Shown one piece after another: positions 62,031 through 64,000 of a DNA stretch of 64,000 bases (positions are counted from its first letter, which is position 1; each line of letters starts with the position of its first letter). Source of the DNA: Mobula hypostoma. Its lineage: Eukaryota. Location: NCBI RefSeq assembly GCF_963921235.1, contig NC_086118.1, positions 17,052,001 through 17,116,000 of the forward strand. The letters are read 5' to 3'. Position numbers and translations under genes: made by a program. A model generated the notes under the pieces. It did not search any database. It was not told the origin of the DNA and saw nothing but the letters and a program-made list of their open reading frames with translations.

Positions 62031-64000
62031 TGTTAAGATACTGTTATTGTCATGGGAGATCTAAATGCTAAAGTAGGACAAGGTGCTGATGGAAATACCA
62101 TAGGAAAATTTGGACTAGAGGAAAGAAATGAAAGAGGCAAGAAATCAGTAGACTGGTGCAAGATGAATAATCAGGTCATTATGAATACCTACTTTAAAAA
62201 CCATCCAAGACACTTGTGGACCTGGAAAAGTCCAGGTGATAGCACCAGAAATCAAATTGACTTTATTACTAAAACCCAAAGATTTAAAAACTCGGTGACT
62301 CAATGCAGAACATATCCAGGTGCAGACTGTAATAGTGGACCATAACCCAGTATTATGTCATGTAAAAGTAAAACTTAAAAAACTAAAGAAGCAAAAACCC
62401 GAACAATCCCTTGATTACTCGCAATTAATTAAAGAAGAAAACTTAAGACAAAAATTTACAATTGAAGTAAGGAATAGATTTCAAAGTCTAGAAATAGAAT
62501 CTGTTGAAGAAGATAGTAATCATGTAGAAATGAAGTTTAACTCTCTGAAGGATGCCTTGGTAGGATCAGCAAAGTCCGTGATTCCTTAAAAAGAAAAAAG
62601 CACAAAGAATAAATGGATGACAGATGAAATCAAAAATCTAATGGAAGAAAGGAAACTGAAGAAAGCAAATCCTATGGAATATAAGTCTTTAGATAAAAAA
62701 GTTAAAAGCTTATGTCAAAAAGCCAAAGATGAATGGTTAAACCAGGAATGTGAGCAACTAGAAAGAATCCCTATTACTGATCCAAAAAGGGTACATCAAC
62801 AAATCAAGAATATCACTGGTAAAAAGCTCCTCTGTTCTTCAGGTGGATGTTTGAAAGCAAAGGACGGTACCCTTATCATGGAAAAAGATGAGATTATGAA
62901 CAGATGGACTGAGCATATTCAGGAATTGTTTGAAGACGATCGAGGCGAGAAACCAGAAATTAAGAAGGACATTGAAGGTCCAAGTATTTTAAAATCTGAA
63001 GTTCGTAATGGAATAAATAAGATGAAGTAAAGAAAGGCAGCAGGTCCTGATGAATTAGTAATAGAACAAATTATCACCCTTTAAGATTATGGTGTTACGT
63101 AGCCCGTAACTGGATTGCCAAACCAGCAGAAATGGACCACTCAGTTGGAGTCTGGATTACTGGAACTAAGAAAGTTTTATTAAAGAAATAAGCAACATAG
63201 TACTCTAATAGTGAGGATATAAATGCAACAGGTTAGCAATGAATAAACACACATGTACACAGAACTAGGATAACAGGGTCAATCAGCTCTATCGCAGTCT
63301 AGGGGTAAAATGTTCAATCACAAGTGACAGACTTCAGTTTAGTTCAGTTCGCAGTAATCACCGTCGTGCCGTTGGGGAGAGAGAGAACGAATGAATATGC
63401 AAATCGGATTCCAAACAGACCTTTGATATTCCTTGCAGTTAACTTTCGGGCGAGCCCTTTGTAATGTCTTCTGAGGTCACCGACTGTGACCCCTCCATTC
63501 CAGACACGATCGTTCTTCAGCAGTGAACCCGACACCCACGCAAGGGCGGACACACACCAGGTTCCTGCCGACTGTATCTTTCCACCCTGTGCGTCTATGG
63601 CTGGTCCCGCGACCAGACCTCCAAAACTCCCACCGACTTGTGGGGGCGCACCTCTTCCAGGGTCTCGTTACCTCGTGGTGTCGTATGTGTCTTAGAGAAC
63701 CTGCCCCATTTTATCCCCCTGCTGGTGTATCGCCTGTCCATCACACTTCAGACAGTTCAGGGTTCAAAAGGAGCCGGTCTTGACGATATTCAGACCGGTG
63801 TCTCCTTCCGTTAAACTCTCTCGTCTCTTCATTAACGTTTCCAAATGCTGCTCCATTGTCTTACTTATCTCTCTCTCCTGAAGACAGGTGGCAGATCAAC
63901 TGTTGATCCCACTGGTGCTAGCACAGGACAGTTAACATCTTAGTCTATGTGTACTTTTGTAACCCTCTTTCGTCACAATGGAATTAAAAAACTTAGTGAT
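62030..64000 (+). mobile_element. RTE-clade LINE, 5'-truncated in the endonuclease, continues past the window
   Basis: MGDLNAKVG, ERNERG, WTWKSPG..RNQIDFI, YPGADC, W(M)TDEI, RWTEH, KAAGPDE. Confidence 0.9.
63093..63977 (-). mobile_element. Solo LTR (885 bp) in the RTE
   Basis: TGTTACG...CGTCACA termini; 4-bp TSD ATGG (63089-63092, 63978-63981); minus-strand AATAAA at about 63176-63181; RTE frame DYG|IKKL restored on removal. Confidence 0.9.

Overview
Vertebrate nuclear DNA, most likely from a cartilaginous fish (ray or shark), inferred from the V-SINEs, CR1 LINEs with (TTCTATGT)n tails and abundant Rex1 and Penelope-derived repeats. I recognised no host protein-coding gene; every long ORF belongs to a transposable element. 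Main contents: three near-identical young CR1 copies; a full-length L1-clade element with intact ORF1, a 13-bp TSD and a CR1 inserted in ORF2; an older near-full-length CR1 with an esterase ORF1; several Rex1/Babar fragments, two with 5' inversions; a Rex1 > Tc1 > HERO nest; a Tc1 > RTE > solo-LTR nest; a non-autonomous Helitron carrying 23-aa STPR-like repeats; and Penelope GIY-YIG/pLTR remnants with decayed hammerhead cores. The most interesting signals are a 530-bp non-coding element (17503-18034) that starts exactly at an HDV-like ribozyme fold with an unusual hairpin inserted in loop L3, and a HERO element whose structured 3' end is repeated at its 5' end. All folds and alignments were made by eye; boundaries of old degenerate repeats are approximate.
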